From an uncultured Eggerthellaceae bacterium (GTDB lineage Bacteria; Actinomycetota; Coriobacteriia; Coriobacteriales; Eggerthellaceae), in assembly GCA_947565915.1 (NCBI GenBank), contig CANOHY010000004.1, forward strand, positions 9,254-73,253: 64,000 nt of DNA, given 5' to 3'. Below, piece after piece: positions 17,922-27,432 of this stretch. A model generated the notes under the pieces. That model did no database searches. It was not told where the DNA came from and saw nothing but the letters and a program-made list of their open reading frames with translations. The translations under genes and the position numbers were made by a program. Each line of letters starts with the position of its first letter. Within the stretch, counting starts at the first letter, position 1.

Positions 17922-18386
17922 ATGGGAAAACATGACGAGCTCACCGTGCTCGGGAGCAAGACGCCAGTACCCACCGACTATGATCCCTCCATCTTGGAGA
18001 CGTTCGAGAACGCGCATCCCGAGCGCGACTACTTCGTTACCCTGCGCTGCCCGGAGTTCACCACGCTCTGCCCGCTGACCGGCCAGCCCGATTTCGCCAC
18101 ATTGCTCATTAATTACGTGCCCAACGAGCGCATGGTGGAAAGCAAGTCGCTCAAGCTCTATCTGTTCGGCTTTCGCAACCACGGCGATTTTCACGAAGAC
18201 GTGACCAACATCATCCTCGATGACCTCAAAGACCTCATGAAACCAAAGTATATCGAGGTCAAGGGCTTGTTCGTGCCACGCGGCGGCATAGCCATTCACC
18301 CGTTCGCCAATTGGGCAAACCCAGATTTCGACTATGATGAGGTTGCTCGAGCGCGCATGTTCGAGCAACTGGATTTGAACGCATAG
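17922..18386 (+). CDS. queF: NADPH-dependent 7-cyano-7-deazaguanine reductase (unimodular type)
   Basis: It has the catalytic-Cys segment [18 protein letters not shown] and the QueF motif ESKSLKLYL. The ATG at 17922 has an AAGGAGA RBS, and the longer track ORF from 17721 is an upstream extension. Confidence 0.9.
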   Translation: MGKHDELTVLGSKTPVPTDYDPSILETFENAHPERDYFVTLRCPEFTTLCPLTGQPDFATLLINYVPNERMVESKSLKLYLFGFRNHGDFHEDVTNIILDDLKDLMKPKYIEVKGLFVPRGGIAIHPFANWANPDFDYDEVARARMFEQLDLNA

Positions 18387-18452
18387 AGAGCACGCGCTCA
18401 GGTGCGGTAGGCAGGGCGGGCATGGCTCGCGAAGACGGTTCCCGGCCGTTCC

Positions 18453-18492
18453 GGGAGGTTGTTCGCAACATCCAACCTAAAAAAACTAAGGC
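18453..18492 (+). promoter_or_regulatory. preQ1-I riboswitch
   Basis: P1 is AGGTTG (18456-61) paired with CAACCT (18473-78), with loop TTCGCAACATC. It is followed by AAAAAAACTAAGG, and that AAGG is the SD for the ATG at 18504. This closely resembles the B. subtilis queC element AGAGGUUCUAGCUACACCCUCUAUAAAAAACUAAGG. Confidence 0.8.
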
Positions 18493-18503
18493 AGGCACCA
18501 ACC

Positions 18504-19175
18504 ATGAGGAAAACAAACGCAAACCTGATGATATGCGCCATGGCCTTCGCCGTGGCGCTCGTCATTTCCAACGTGATCACCGCCAAGGTAATCCAAACGG
18601 GCATACCGCTATGGGGAAGCACCATCTTGGTTCCATCGGCCGTGATCTGCTACTGCATCACCTTCCTGATGACCGACGTAGTGGGCGAGATCTGGGGGCC
18701 AAAGGAAGCGCGCACGGTGGTGCTTGCCGGCTTCGGCTGCCAGTTGATGGCCACAGCCCTCATCGTGATTGGCCAGCTGCTTCCACCCGCTGATACCGCC
18801 ATGCAAGCAGCTTACGAGATGCTGCTCGGACAGAACGTGGTGTTCGTCATAGCCAGCATGACTGCCTACCTCCTCTCGCAGAGCTGGGACGTGTTCGTGT
18901 TCCACCGACTGCGCGCGCACTTCCTGTCGCGTGGCACCACCACGCGCCATAGATGGATCTGGAACAATGCCTCCACCATGACCTCGCAGGTCATCGATAC
19001 AGTCGTCTTCGTGGGAATCGCCTTTGGCCTGGGCATGGGATGGCTTTTCGATGAAGCGCTCAGCGTGCAGCTGGTCACCATGATGATTGGCCAATACCTG
19101 TGCAAGCTGGTGCTCGCGCTGATCGACACGCCCTTCTTCTACTTCCTTACGCGCAAGTGCACCACAAAGGAATAG
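18504..19175 (+). CDS. queuosine precursor transporter (YhhQ/DUF165, VUT family)
   Basis: About 6 TM. The LMICAMAFAVALVISNVITAKV...TFLMTDVVGEIWG and ...SQVIDTVVF motifs are typical of the family. The ATG at 18504 is chosen from the riboswitch SD. Confidence 0.8.
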   Translation: MRKTNANLMICAMAFAVALVISNVITAKVIQTGIPLWGSTILVPSAVICYCITFLMTDVVGEIWGPKEARTVVLAGFGCQLMATALIVIGQLLPPADTAMQAAYEMLLGQNVVFVIASMTAYLLSQSWDVFVFHRLRAHFLSRGTTTRHRWIWNNASTMTSQVIDTVVFVGIAFGLGMGWLFDEALSVQLVTMMIGQYLCKLVLALIDTPFFYFLTRKCTTKE

Positions 19176-19250
19176 CACGGTGCCCGTGGGTTCTGGCATA
19201 ATGGTAAGGTTGAAACGAATGGACGGCGCAATATGAAGGAAGGCGCAAGC

Positions 19251-20123
19251 ATGCCAGGAATCGACATCAAGCCCGATGCGCAAGGTAAGGTGCGCGACCT
19301 CTACGACCTAGGCGATAAGCTGTTGTTGGTAGCAACCGACCGCATCTCGGCATTCGATTACATCTTGCCCGACGAGATTCCCTACAAGGGCATCGTGTTG
19401 ACGCAAATCAGCTGCTTTTGGCTCGACTATCTTAGCGACATCGTGGAAAACCATCTCATCTCGGCTGATGTGGCCGACTTGCCCGAGCAGTTCAAGCCCT
19501 ACGCCGACTACCTGCGCGGGCGCTTCATGCTGGTGCGCAAGGCCAACATGTTCCCCATCGAGTGCATCGTGCGCGGATATCTGGCTGGCAGTGGACTTGC
19601 GGAATACGAGCAAAATGGAACGGTTTGCGGCATAGAACTGCCTGCTGGGCTCGTGAACTCCTCGAAGCTCCCCGAACCCATCTTCACGCCCTCTACCAAG
19701 GCTGAGATAGGCGATCACGACGAGAACATCAGCTTCGAGCGCTGCGCGCAGATCATCGGCGAGAACGATGCCGCTGCCTTGCGCTACCTGTCGCTGGCAG
19801 TGTACGAAAAGGCGCGCGACCACGCCGAGAAGCAGGGCATCATCATAGCCGACACCAAGTTCGAGTTCGGTCGCTTGGGCGATGACATCATCCTGGCCGA
19901 CGAGGTGCTGACCCCCGATTCGTCGCGCTTCTGGCCCGGCGACGACTACCAGCCCGGGCGCAGCCAAGCAAGCTACGACAAGCAGTTCGTGCGCGACTGG
20001 CTTTCCGCCAACTGGGACAAGACAGGCGAGCCACCGCACCTACCCGATGACATCATCCAGAAGACGAGCGAGAAGTACATCCAGGCATACGAGACCATCA
20101 CTGGTCGCACGTTCGATTTTTAG
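19251..20123 (+). CDS. purC: phosphoribosylaminoimidazole-succinocarboxamide (SAICAR) synthase
   Basis: It has [25 protein letters not shown] and ...[10 protein letters not shown] motifs. The ATG at 19251 has an AAGGAAGG RBS, and the track start at 19233 is also possible. Confidence 0.9.
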   Translation: MPGIDIKPDAQGKVRDLYDLGDKLLLVATDRISAFDYILPDEIPYKGIVLTQISCFWLDYLSDIVENHLISADVADLPEQFKPYADYLRGRFMLVRKANMFPIECIVRGYLAGSGLAEYEQNGTVCGIELPAGLVNSSKLPEPIFTPSTKAEIGDHDENISFERCAQIIGENDAAALRYLSLAVYEKARDHAEKQGIIIADTKFEFGRLGDDIILADEVLTPDSSRFWPGDDYQPGRSQASYDKQFVRDWLSANWDKTGEPPHLPDDIIQKTSEKYIQAYETITGRTFDF

Positions 20124-20131
20124 GAATTCGC

Positions 20132-20899
20132 ATGACCCAAAGAAACCCCATGAACGACCGCAATCTTGCGGACAAGACCGGCCAAACGCGCAAGAGCGCT
20201 GCTTCGGCTAAGCCCAAGAGCACCCGCGCGGCAACCTTGCGCGACCCAGCGCCCAAAACGGCAAAACAAAAGAAAGCCGAGGCCAAGGCGCGTGAAGAGC
20301 AGCGTCATAAGCGCTCGATGGTGCTCGATGTGCGCTTCGAGGACACGCCACGCTACAAGCACCTGCGCCATTACTGGTGGGGCTTCCTGATTACGGCGAT
20401 AGCCTGCACGGCTATATCGGCAGTCATCTCCACGCAAACGGGCGCGCTATTCCAAGAGAACCCCGATGCCCTTTACCTGGGCTTCATGCCGCAATCGGTG
20501 GCCAATGCCCTGAGCATCGTGCTGATGGTGGGAGCCTACGGCTTCATCATCGCAGCATTCGTCGTGGACCTCTCGAAGGTACGCAAGGCTCGCAACGAGT
20601 TCGAGCAGCTCGTAGTGAACAGCAACAGCAAGGAGATGCGCCGCAGCCAGAAGAAGCATCGCGCCGAGCTTCGCGAGCAAGAGCGCGCGAAGAGAGAAGC
20701 CGAGGCGAACGCGCAAACCGCACCACAGGAAGAGAAGCCCAAGGGAATCCGCGGGCTGTTCGCACGCAAGTCCAAAAAGGCCGAGAAGGACGCCATCGAC
20801 AACGCCGTTGCCGAAACAGCTAGCACAGCCGATGAGACCACTGCCAGCAATAACTCAGATGCCTCAAGCGGTTCCGCGGACAAGAAGCAGGCGAAGTAA
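20132..20899 (+). CDS. hypothetical Lys/Arg-rich membrane protein (2 TM; DUF3043-like architecture)
   Basis: 255 aa with a basic N-terminal third, two TM helices and a charged low-complexity tail. The family assignment rests on architecture only. Confidence 0.5.
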   Translation: MTQRNPMNDRNLADKTGQTRKSAASAKPKSTRAATLRDPAPKTAKQKKAEAKAREEQRHKRSMVLDVRFEDTPRYKHLRHYWWGFLITAIACTAISAVISTQTGALFQENPDALYLGFMPQSVANALSIVLMVGAYGFIIAAFVVDLSKVRKARNEFEQLVVNSNSKEMRRSQKKHRAELREQERAKREAEANAQTAPQEEKPKGIRGLFARKSKKAEKDAIDNAVAETASTADETTASNNSDASSGSADKKQAK

Positions 20900-20934
20900 G
20901 GCGCAGCGTTCCTTCCGAGCGATGTGCCGCAGGT

Positions 20935-22518
20935 CTACTTTACATTGATCTGCGGCAGCTTCAAGCGCAGCTGATTGCGGCCAGCACGACCGCTCTTCCC
21001 GCTGCGTCCACCCTCGTTCAGCAAGGGAATATGAATGGTGAAGCAGGCTCCTTGGCCCTTGACGCCCTCAACCTGCACCCAACCGTTGTGGCGCTCAACT
21101 ATTTCCTTCACCACGGTAAGGCCAACACCCAAGCCGCCCTTCTCGCGGTCGCGCCCAAGATCGGCGCGCCAGAAACGCTCGAACACCATTTGCGCTTCCT
21201 CGGGCGAAAGCCCAATGCCCGTGTCGCGCACCGAAATGCTGGCCATGTCGTGGTCGCGGCGAACGGTTACCACGATGGAGCCGCCTTCGTCGGTGTAGCG
21301 CACCGCATTGGAGATGAGGTTGGCTGTTGCTTGGCGAATCATGTCGGGGTCGCCGAGCACGTACACGTTCGGATCGGATTCGAAGCTCAGCGAGAGCCCC
21401 GAATCCAGCACGTATGCCTCGTGCGTGGCGATGATGTCGCTTACCACCGCGCCCACATCCACGACTTCCTTCTTGATGGGGTTCGACCGGTTCTCCAAAC
21501 GCGAGAGCTTCAACAGCGATCCCACCAAACGCGAAAGCCGCATTACCTCGTTGTCTACCGTGGTAAGGCGCTCTTCGTCCACGGGAAGCACGCCATCCAC
21601 CATGGCCTCCACTGTGGACTGGATGGCCATCAGGGGCGTGCGTAGCTCATGGGCCACATCGGTGGTCAGACGCCGCTCCAGTTTGCGATCGCGCTCAATG
21701 GCACCCATCATCGAGTCGAAGGTTTGGCCAAGCCGCGCTATCTCGTCGTCGCCTTCCAAGTTCACGCGCACGGTAAGGTCGCCTTCGCGCACAGCAAGCG
21801 CCACGTTGGTGATGCGCTTGATAGGCCGCTCGATGCGACGTGCATAGAAGTAGCCCAGCACCGATGCCAGCACGATGGCCATGATGCTGGCGATGATCAT
21901 GGCTTGGTACGATTTATCGCGAAACTCCTGGTCGCCTTCGCGCAGCAGCTGATTCGACCCATACACCCAAACGCGCACGCTTCCCACAGGCTGATTGCCC
22001 GACACGATGGTTGCCGTGGTGGTGTTCTCCTCGTTTTGCAGAGGTGCAGTGGAGGGTATCGCGAGGCCTGGCGCAGCTTCGTTGAGCGTAGTGGAGTCGT
22101 AGAGCACGGTGCCATTGGCATCGAGCACCTGCATGCCCACGCCCTTCGTGAGCGAAACGGCATTGCTGGCTGGCTGCAGGGCCATGCGATCGAGCTCGCC
22201 GCTTTCTGCGTAGTAGTTGCCGATCTGCTCGGCGATCACATCTGCGAGCGATTGCATGTTCTCGGTGGTGTAGGCGCGGAAGTACTGCTCCCAGATGATC
22301 GACACTACGCCGATGGCCACCAATGCGGTTATGGCAGCGATGAACGAGAACGCAAGCGCAAGCTGTGCCCTGAACGAGATGTTGCTCCACAGCCCGCGCG
22401 ATTCGCGCCTGCGGGAGTCGCGCTCTTCGAGGTCGCTGGTGAGGTCTGCCCGTCCACGGTCCTCGCTCGGATGGGCAGATGTCACTTCGACCGATTCCAC
22501 TTGATCCAGCGAAGCCAT
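20935..22518 (-). CDS. sensor histidine kinase (2 TM, HAMP, HisKA, HATPase_c)
   Basis: It has the H-box TTDVAHELRTPL, N-box LISNAVRYT, G-boxes DTGIGL and GGLGVGL, and two TM segments flanking a ~150-aa extracytoplasmic region. Confidence 0.85.
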   Translation of the reverse strand: MASLDQVESVEVTSAHPSEDRGRADLTSDLEERDSRRRESRGLWSNISFRAQLALAFSFIAAITALVAIGVVSIIWEQYFRAYTTENMQSLADVIAEQIGNYYAESGELDRMALQPASNAVSLTKGVGMQVLDANGTVLYDSTTLNEAAPGLAIPSTAPLQNEENTTTATIVSGNQPVGSVRVWVYGSNQLLREGDQEFRDKSYQAMIIASIMAIVLASVLGYFYARRIERPIKRITNVALAVREGDLTVRVNLEGDDEIARLGQTFDSMMGAIERDRKLERRLTTDVAHELRTPLMAIQSTVEAMVDGVLPVDEERLTTVDNEVMRLSRLVGSLLKLSRLENRSNPIKKEVVDVGAVVSDIIATHEAYVLDSGLSLSFESDPNVYVLGDPDMIRQATANLISNAVRYTDEGGSIVVTVRRDHDMASISVRDTGIGLSPEEAQMVFERFWRADLGRDREKGGLGVGLTVVKEIVERHNGWVQVEGVKGQGACFTIHIPLLNEGGRSGKSGRAGRNQLRLKLPQINVK

Positions 22519-22534
22519 GGGCGCTCAGATGCGA

Positions 22535-23242
22535 CTAGGCATTCTTGGTGGGATCTTCGAACCGATAGCCCACGCCATGCACCGTGTGCAGCCACTTCGG
22601 ATTGCGCGGATTATCGCCAATCTTGGCGCGCAGGTTCTTCACGTGCGAGTCGATGGTGCGTTCGTAGCCCTCGAAGTCGTAGCCGAGCACCTTCTCGACC
22701 AGCTCCATGCGTGAGTACACGCGCCCAGGATAGCGCGAAAGCGTAGTGAGCAGCTTGAATTCGGATGCCGTCAAATCCACTTCCTTGCCGTTCACCAGCA
22801 CCTTGTGGCCCGATACGTCGATGGTGAGGTCGCCGAATTCCAGCACTTCGCGCTGCGGCTCGGAATCGGAATGCACGCGGCGAAGCAGGGCACGCACGCG
22901 CGCTACTAGCTCGCGCGGCGAGAAGGGTTTGATCAAGTAGTCGTCGGCACCAAGCTCAAGCCCGATGATGCGGTCTTCCACCTCACCCTTGGCCGTAAGC
23001 ATGATGATGGGCACGTCGGAGTTGTCGCGAATGGCGCGGCAAACGCGCTCGCCCGGTACGCGAGGCAGCATGAGGTCCAAGATCACCAGGTCGAAATGAT
23101 GCTTCGCGAACTCGTCGAGGGCATCTTGGCCATCGCCGATGGCTGTTACCCAATAGTTCTCGCGCTCCAGGTAGGCGGTAACGGCATCGCGAATCGCCTT
23201 GTCGTCCTCCACCAGCATGATGCGTCGTGTCTCGTTCGCCAT
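22535..23242 (-). CDS. OmpR/PhoB-family response regulator
   Basis: It has a receiver domain (MLVEDD...DLVILDLMLP...TAKG) and a winged-helix output (LTASEFKLLTTL...VHGVGYRF). Confidence 0.9.
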   Translation of the reverse strand: MANETRRIMLVEDDKAIRDAVTAYLERENYWVTAIGDGQDALDEFAKHHFDLVILDLMLPRVPGERVCRAIRDNSDVPIIMLTAKGEVEDRIIGLELGADDYLIKPFSPRELVARVRALLRRVHSDSEPQREVLEFGDLTIDVSGHKVLVNGKEVDLTASEFKLLTTLSRYPGRVYSRMELVEKVLGYDFEGYERTIDSHVKNLRAKIGDNPRNPKWLHTVHGVGYRFEDPTKNA

Positions 23243-23386
23243 TTCAGTCTCCTTGCACGCGTGTTGTCATACGATCAAGTTGATTCTACCGCCCTTATGG
23301 AGGGCTTGTCGGGGCCATGGGCTTTAATTATAGCTTTTGTGGCTAAGAGGTAATCTTGCCTCGAAGAGGATGCCATAATTCAATAC

Positions 23387-25153
23387 ATGAGCAGAATGCA
23401 ATCCCAGGGAAACCAAAGCAACCGGTCCGACCACAAGCGTGCCGTGTCGCGTGCGCGTCACACGCATGCGTCCGCTCGCTCGCAAAGCTCCAAGCGCAGC
23501 CCGGCAACCGCAGCTGCAAGGAAACCCCGAGCTGCAAGCGCACGCAAGGATGCGGGTGCTCGTCGGGGCGCAGATGCGCGACACGCATCTGCCGCGCGCA
23601 AGGCGACAGCTTCGCGCAAGCATGCAGCCAGCCGCAATTCATCGGCTTCGCGCCAGGGTGCCCTTTCGCATAAAGCTGCGAATGCGCATCGCGCCGAATC
23701 GCGCAAGCAAGCCCCGGCAGCTTCCGAAGCACCTGCCAAGAGCAAATCGCCCCTGCTTTCGCGGCGCGCTTTCGTGTATGGGGCCGTGGGCGTAGGCGCG
23801 GTGGCAGCCGTGGGCGTAGGCGCGGTGGCTCTGCGCAACCGAGGCAACGACAGCTCCGATTCCATCGACACGCTCTCGGTTCCCCAAGATGCGGTCGTGA
23901 CCCAAAACGACTTCGAAGCCCTTGACGATTATGCGCTGCAGGTCAAGCTGCGCGGATCTTTCGATATCCCCTACGGAACGCTGATCTGGGCAAACGACTC
24001 CGACATTGCCGCATGCCTCGTACCCACCGAATCAGGTTCGCCCCTAGCTAAGATTGCCATCCTGCACTTGAGCACGGGACTCCTGCAGAACATCCGCGAA
24101 GAAGCTGTTGGCAAGACCGAGGGCTTCGAGATGCTCGACGTGCGCGCAAACAGCTCGGGCGCGGTTTGGACCGAATCGAACATCATGGAAGGCTCTTGGC
24201 GCGTTTACTCCGCGCGCCTTGCCGGTGGCGCCCTGGAAGCACCTGTGCTTCTGGACGAAGGCACGAACGTATACGAAACGCCCACGCTGGCAGCCGTGGG
24301 AGGCCGCGCCTTCATGCAGAAGATCCCCAAAGATACCACCGACCGGCAAAGCACCTCGCAGCTTATCTCAGCGCCTTTCGGAAGCAGCGATGCCACCTGC
24401 TACTACGAATCGCCGCGGCGCAGCGCCTCTCCCATCTATGCGGCCGATAACGCAGTGGTGATTGCACCGCGAGCAGATGTGTCTTCGGCAATCTATCAGC
24501 TCACGCGCATCGATGCCGAAAGCGGCGAGGTCACCGATACGCTCGCGTTGCCCCAGAGCATGCGACCCCTGGAAGCAGCCTTTGGCAAGACGGGATTCAT
24601 GTTCTCGTTTCCCGACATCTACAACTTCGGCGGCGGCATCTCGAACTTGGGGACCTACGTTCCCTTCGCACTTCCGCAAAATGGCGATTACAGCGCGCAA
24701 GAGTGGTTCAGCTTCGCGCGCACGCCTACGGCGCCTCCCGCCTGGATGGACGACCTGCTCATCGTCAAGTCTACCTACGCCGTGTGCGGCGTGAATCTGA
24801 CCGAGGGCACCTATTTCGCCATCGACGTGGAAAACGGCGCCGATTCCTACGGCGAATACCTAGCCTCGAGCGGCCAAGGCAGCATCTTCGTCACCTACAC
24901 GAACATCGACCATACTCCCATCGAGGAAGAGCGCATATACGCTTGCCGCGTGAAGGTATGGGAGCGCATAGGCGAAAGCGAGCGTGCGCAGATGCAGGCA
25001 GAGGCTCAGGCGAAGGCTGAAGCCGAAGCTGCCGCTCAGGCCCAAGCCGAAGCATATGCGAAAGCTCTCGCAGAAGCAGAGGCGCTGGCAGCACAGGAGG
25101 AGCAAGCGCAGAACGCGGCTTCTGGCCTCGAGCAAGGTGCGATAACGGGATAG
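23387..25153 (+). CDS. hypothetical single-pass membrane protein with large extracytoplasmic domain and Ala/Glu/Gln coiled C-terminus
   Basis: 588 aa with an Arg/Ala/Ser-rich N-terminal ~125 aa, one TM (FVYGAVGVGAVAAVGVGAVAL), a ~400-aa domain, and an AQAKAEAEAAAQAQAEAYAKALAEAEALAAQEE tail. Confidence 0.55.
   Translation: MSRMQSQGNQSNRSDHKRAVSRARHTHASARSQSSKRSPATAAARKPRAASARKDAGARRGADARHASAARKATASRKHAASRNSSASRQGALSHKAANAHRAESRKQAPAASEAPAKSKSPLLSRRAFVYGAVGVGAVAAVGVGAVALRNRGNDSSDSIDTLSVPQDAVVTQNDFEALDDYALQVKLRGSFDIPYGTLIWANDSDIAACLVPTESGSPLAKIAILHLSTGLLQNIREEAVGKTEGFEMLDVRANSSGAVWTESNIMEGSWRVYSARLAGGALEAPVLLDEGTNVYETPTLAAVGGRAFMQKIPKDTTDRQSTSQLISAPFGSSDATCYYESPRRSASPIYAADNAVVIAPRADVSSAIYQLTRIDAESGEVTDTLALPQSMRPLEAAFGKTGFMFSFPDIYNFGGGISNLGTYVPFALPQNGDYSAQEWFSFARTPTAPPAWMDDLLIVKSTYAVCGVNLTEGTYFAIDVENGADSYGEYLASSGQGSIFVTYTNIDHTPIEEERIYACRVKVWERIGESERAQMQAEAQAKAEAEAAAQAQAEAYAKALAEAEALAAQEEQAQNAASGLEQGAITG
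23783..23830 (+). repeat. tandem 24-nt duplication inside the TM-coding segment
   Basis: GCCGTGGGCGTAGGCGCGGTGGC(A/T) occurs twice (23/24 identical), encoding AVGVGAVA twice. Confidence 0.9.
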
Positions 25154-25166
25154 CTGCAAGTCAGCT

Positions 25167-25307
25167 AGCTGTCGAGCAGCTGTAGGTCGGCGGTGCGCTC
25201 GGGAAAGCTCTTTGAGCCGCTTGCGCAGCCAGTCGTGCGCTTGCTTGTTCGTGACGCCTTAGCTGGCGAGCAGCTGTAGGCGAAAGGAGCTTTCCCGAGC
25301 GCACCGC
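25167..25307. repeat. intergenic direct repeat plus 21-24-bp inverted repeat upstream of purB
   Basis: Direct repeat: AGCTGTCGAGCAGCTGTAGG (25167-86) versus AGCTGGCGAGCAGCTGTAGG (25261-80). Inverted repeat: GCGGTGCGCTCGGGAAAGCTC (25190-25210) versus GAGCTTTCCCGAGCGCACCGC (25287-25307), a perfect 21-nt match. Confidence 0.85.
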
Positions 25308-25358
25308 TTCCGATTCGAGTGGTATCCTTTTCAGCGACGAATCCAAGGGAGGGGTCTG

Positions 25359-26702
25359 ATGATCGAGCGTTACACGCGTCCCGAGATGGGCGCCATTTGG
25401 GAGTTGCAGAACAAGTTCGCCATCTGGAAGGAAATCGAGATTCTCGCCTGCGAGGCTCAGGCCGAGCTTGGCGCGGCGGGCATCACCCCCGAAGAGGCAG
25501 CCTGGATTCGCGAGCATGCCGACTTCACGGTGGAGCGCGTATCCGAAATAGAAGAGGTCACCAACCACGATGTGATCGCCTTCCTCACCAACATGGCCGA
25601 ATACATCGACGCCGATATCCCCGAGGGAACCGAACCGCCGAGCCGCTGGGTGCACTATGGCATGACCAGCAGCGACTTGGGCGACATGGCGCTGTGCTAT
25701 CAGATCGTGCAAGCATGCGACATCATCATCGCCGACATCAAGCGCTTGGGCACCATCTGCCGCAAGCGCGCATTCGAGTTCAAGGACACGCTATGCGTAG
25801 GACGCACGCATGGCATCTCCGCCGAGCCCATGACCTTTGGCATGAAGTTCGGCAGCTGGGCCTGGATGCTCAAGCGCGACCTCGAGCGCATGGAGCAAGC
25901 CCGCGAAATGATCGCCACGGGCGCCATCAGCGGTGCCGTGGGCTCGTATTCCAGCATCGACCCCTTCGTTGAGCGCTACGTGTGCGAGAAGCTGGGACTC
26001 AAGCCCGACCCTCTGTCTACGCAGGTCATCGCACGCGACCGCCACGCGCAGGTGATGGTTGCCCTGGCCACCGTTGCCGCCACGCTGGAAGCCATCGCTA
26101 CGCAAGTGCGCCTGCTGCAGCAAACCGACGTGATCGAGGCCGAGGAACCATTCAAGAAGGGCCAGAAGGGCTCGAGCGCCATGCCGCACAAGCGCAACCC
26201 CATCACAGTGGAGCGCGTCTGCGGGCTGGCGCGCGTGGTGAAGGCGAATGCGCAGGTGGCCTTGGATGACGTGGCGCTTTGGTACGAGCGCGACATCAGC
26301 CACTCCGGTGCCGAGCGCGTGGCCCTGGCTGACAGCTTCATCGCGCTGGACTACATGTTCGGAAAGATGGAGCCGCTGCTGGATGGCCTGTTCACCTATC
26401 CCGCGAAGATGGAGCACAACCTGTGGCGCACCCGCGGCCTCATCTTCTCGTCGAAGGTGTTGCTGGCCCTGGTGCAAACGGGCATCACCCGCGAAGATGC
26501 CTATGCCATCGTGCAGCGCAACGCCATGCAGGTGTGGGAGGACATCCAAAATGCCGTTGATGGACCCACCTATCGCGAGCGCTTAGAAGCCGACCCCGAC
26601 ATGACGCTCACTTCCGAGCAGCTTGACGAGATCTTCGACCCTTGGGCTTTCCTCACGCGCATCAACGTGATCTTCGAGCGCCTGGAAGAGCTGGAGTTCT
26701 AG
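25359..26702 (+). CDS. purB: adenylosuccinate lyase
   Basis: It has the MIERYTRPEM N-terminus, the fumarate-lyase signature GSSAMPHKRNP, and a GGGAGGGG RBS. Confidence 0.92.
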   Translation: MIERYTRPEMGAIWELQNKFAIWKEIEILACEAQAELGAAGITPEEAAWIREHADFTVERVSEIEEVTNHDVIAFLTNMAEYIDADIPEGTEPPSRWVHYGMTSSDLGDMALCYQIVQACDIIIADIKRLGTICRKRAFEFKDTLCVGRTHGISAEPMTFGMKFGSWAWMLKRDLERMEQAREMIATGAISGAVGSYSSIDPFVERYVCEKLGLKPDPLSTQVIARDRHAQVMVALATVAATLEAIATQVRLLQQTDVIEAEEPFKKGQKGSSAMPHKRNPITVERVCGLARVVKANAQVALDDVALWYERDISHSGAERVALADSFIALDYMFGKMEPLLDGLFTYPAKMEHNLWRTRGLIFSSKVLLALVQTGITREDAYAIVQRNAMQVWEDIQNAVDGPTYRERLEADPDMTLTSEQLDEIFDPWAFLTRINVIFERLEELEF

Positions 26703-26748
26703 CAACGCGCTCGTTGCTGCTTGGCATGCTCGGAAGCGCTCGGGGTGC

Positions 26749-27420
26749 TCAGAGACGGTCGAATGCAGCGCGCACGGCGGGAACCTGTTCGCGATTTGCG
26801 GCCACGATAGCCGTGTCGCCCGGAAAGATGCGCGTGTCATCGCCCACTACTTCCACGTCGTCGCGCGATGAGATGGCCACTATCAGGCTTCCCGAGGGCA
26901 TCTCCACCTCATAGGCCAAGATGCCCGTTTCGTCGTCGTGCTCGTCGAAATCGCCCACCGGCACCTCCACCAGCATGACGTCGCCATGCGTGAGCGCCGA
27001 AACCACGCTCACCGAGCCCAGCAGCATCTCCTCTTCGATGAGGTTCGCGATCATCTCGGTGGACGATATGGACTCGATGCCCAACACCCTGAAGATGCGC
27101 TGGTTGGAAGGGGCGTTCACGCGCGCCACGCAACGCGGCACGCCGAACACGCGCGAGGCGATCTCGCACGACACGAGGTTGTTGTCGTCTTGGCCGGTAG
27201 CAGCCACGAACACGTCGGCCTTGCGGATGCCGGCATCCTCCTGACAGACAGACTCGCAGCCATCGCCGCAAATCACCAGGTAGCGGCCTTCCAGCACCAT
27301 GGACAGGCGGTCGGCCGTAGCGACGTCCTGTTCGATGATCGACACCTCGTTGCCACCCTCGAGCAACACCTTGGCCAAGTATTCGCCTACTTTGCCGCCG
27401 CCTGCGATCACGATGTACAT
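26749..27420 (-). CDS. Trk/Ktr-system potassium uptake NAD-binding (RCK) subunit
   Basis: It has a MYIVIAGGGKVGEYLA Rossmann motif plus a C-terminal RCK_C region. Confidence 0.85.
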   Translation of the reverse strand: MYIVIAGGGKVGEYLAKVLLEGGNEVSIIEQDVATADRLSMVLEGRYLVICGDGCESVCQEDAGIRKADVFVAATGQDDNNLVSCEIASRVFGVPRCVARVNAPSNQRIFRVLGIESISSTEMIANLIEEEMLLGSVSVVSALTHGDVMLVEVPVGDFDEHDDETGILAYEVEMPSGSLIVAISSRDDVEVVGDDTRIFPGDTAIVAANREQVPAVRAAFDRL

Positions 27421-27432
27421 AGCCGGCTCCTC

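Noticed and set aside
25154-25358. ZTP (pfl) or purine riboswitch upstream of purB
   Set aside because: A CGTGAC...CTGGCG fragment is vaguely pfl-like. But the conserved 3' CCGCCUGGGC module is absent, and so are the purine-riboswitch junction motifs. It is treated only as a repeat/hairpin structure.
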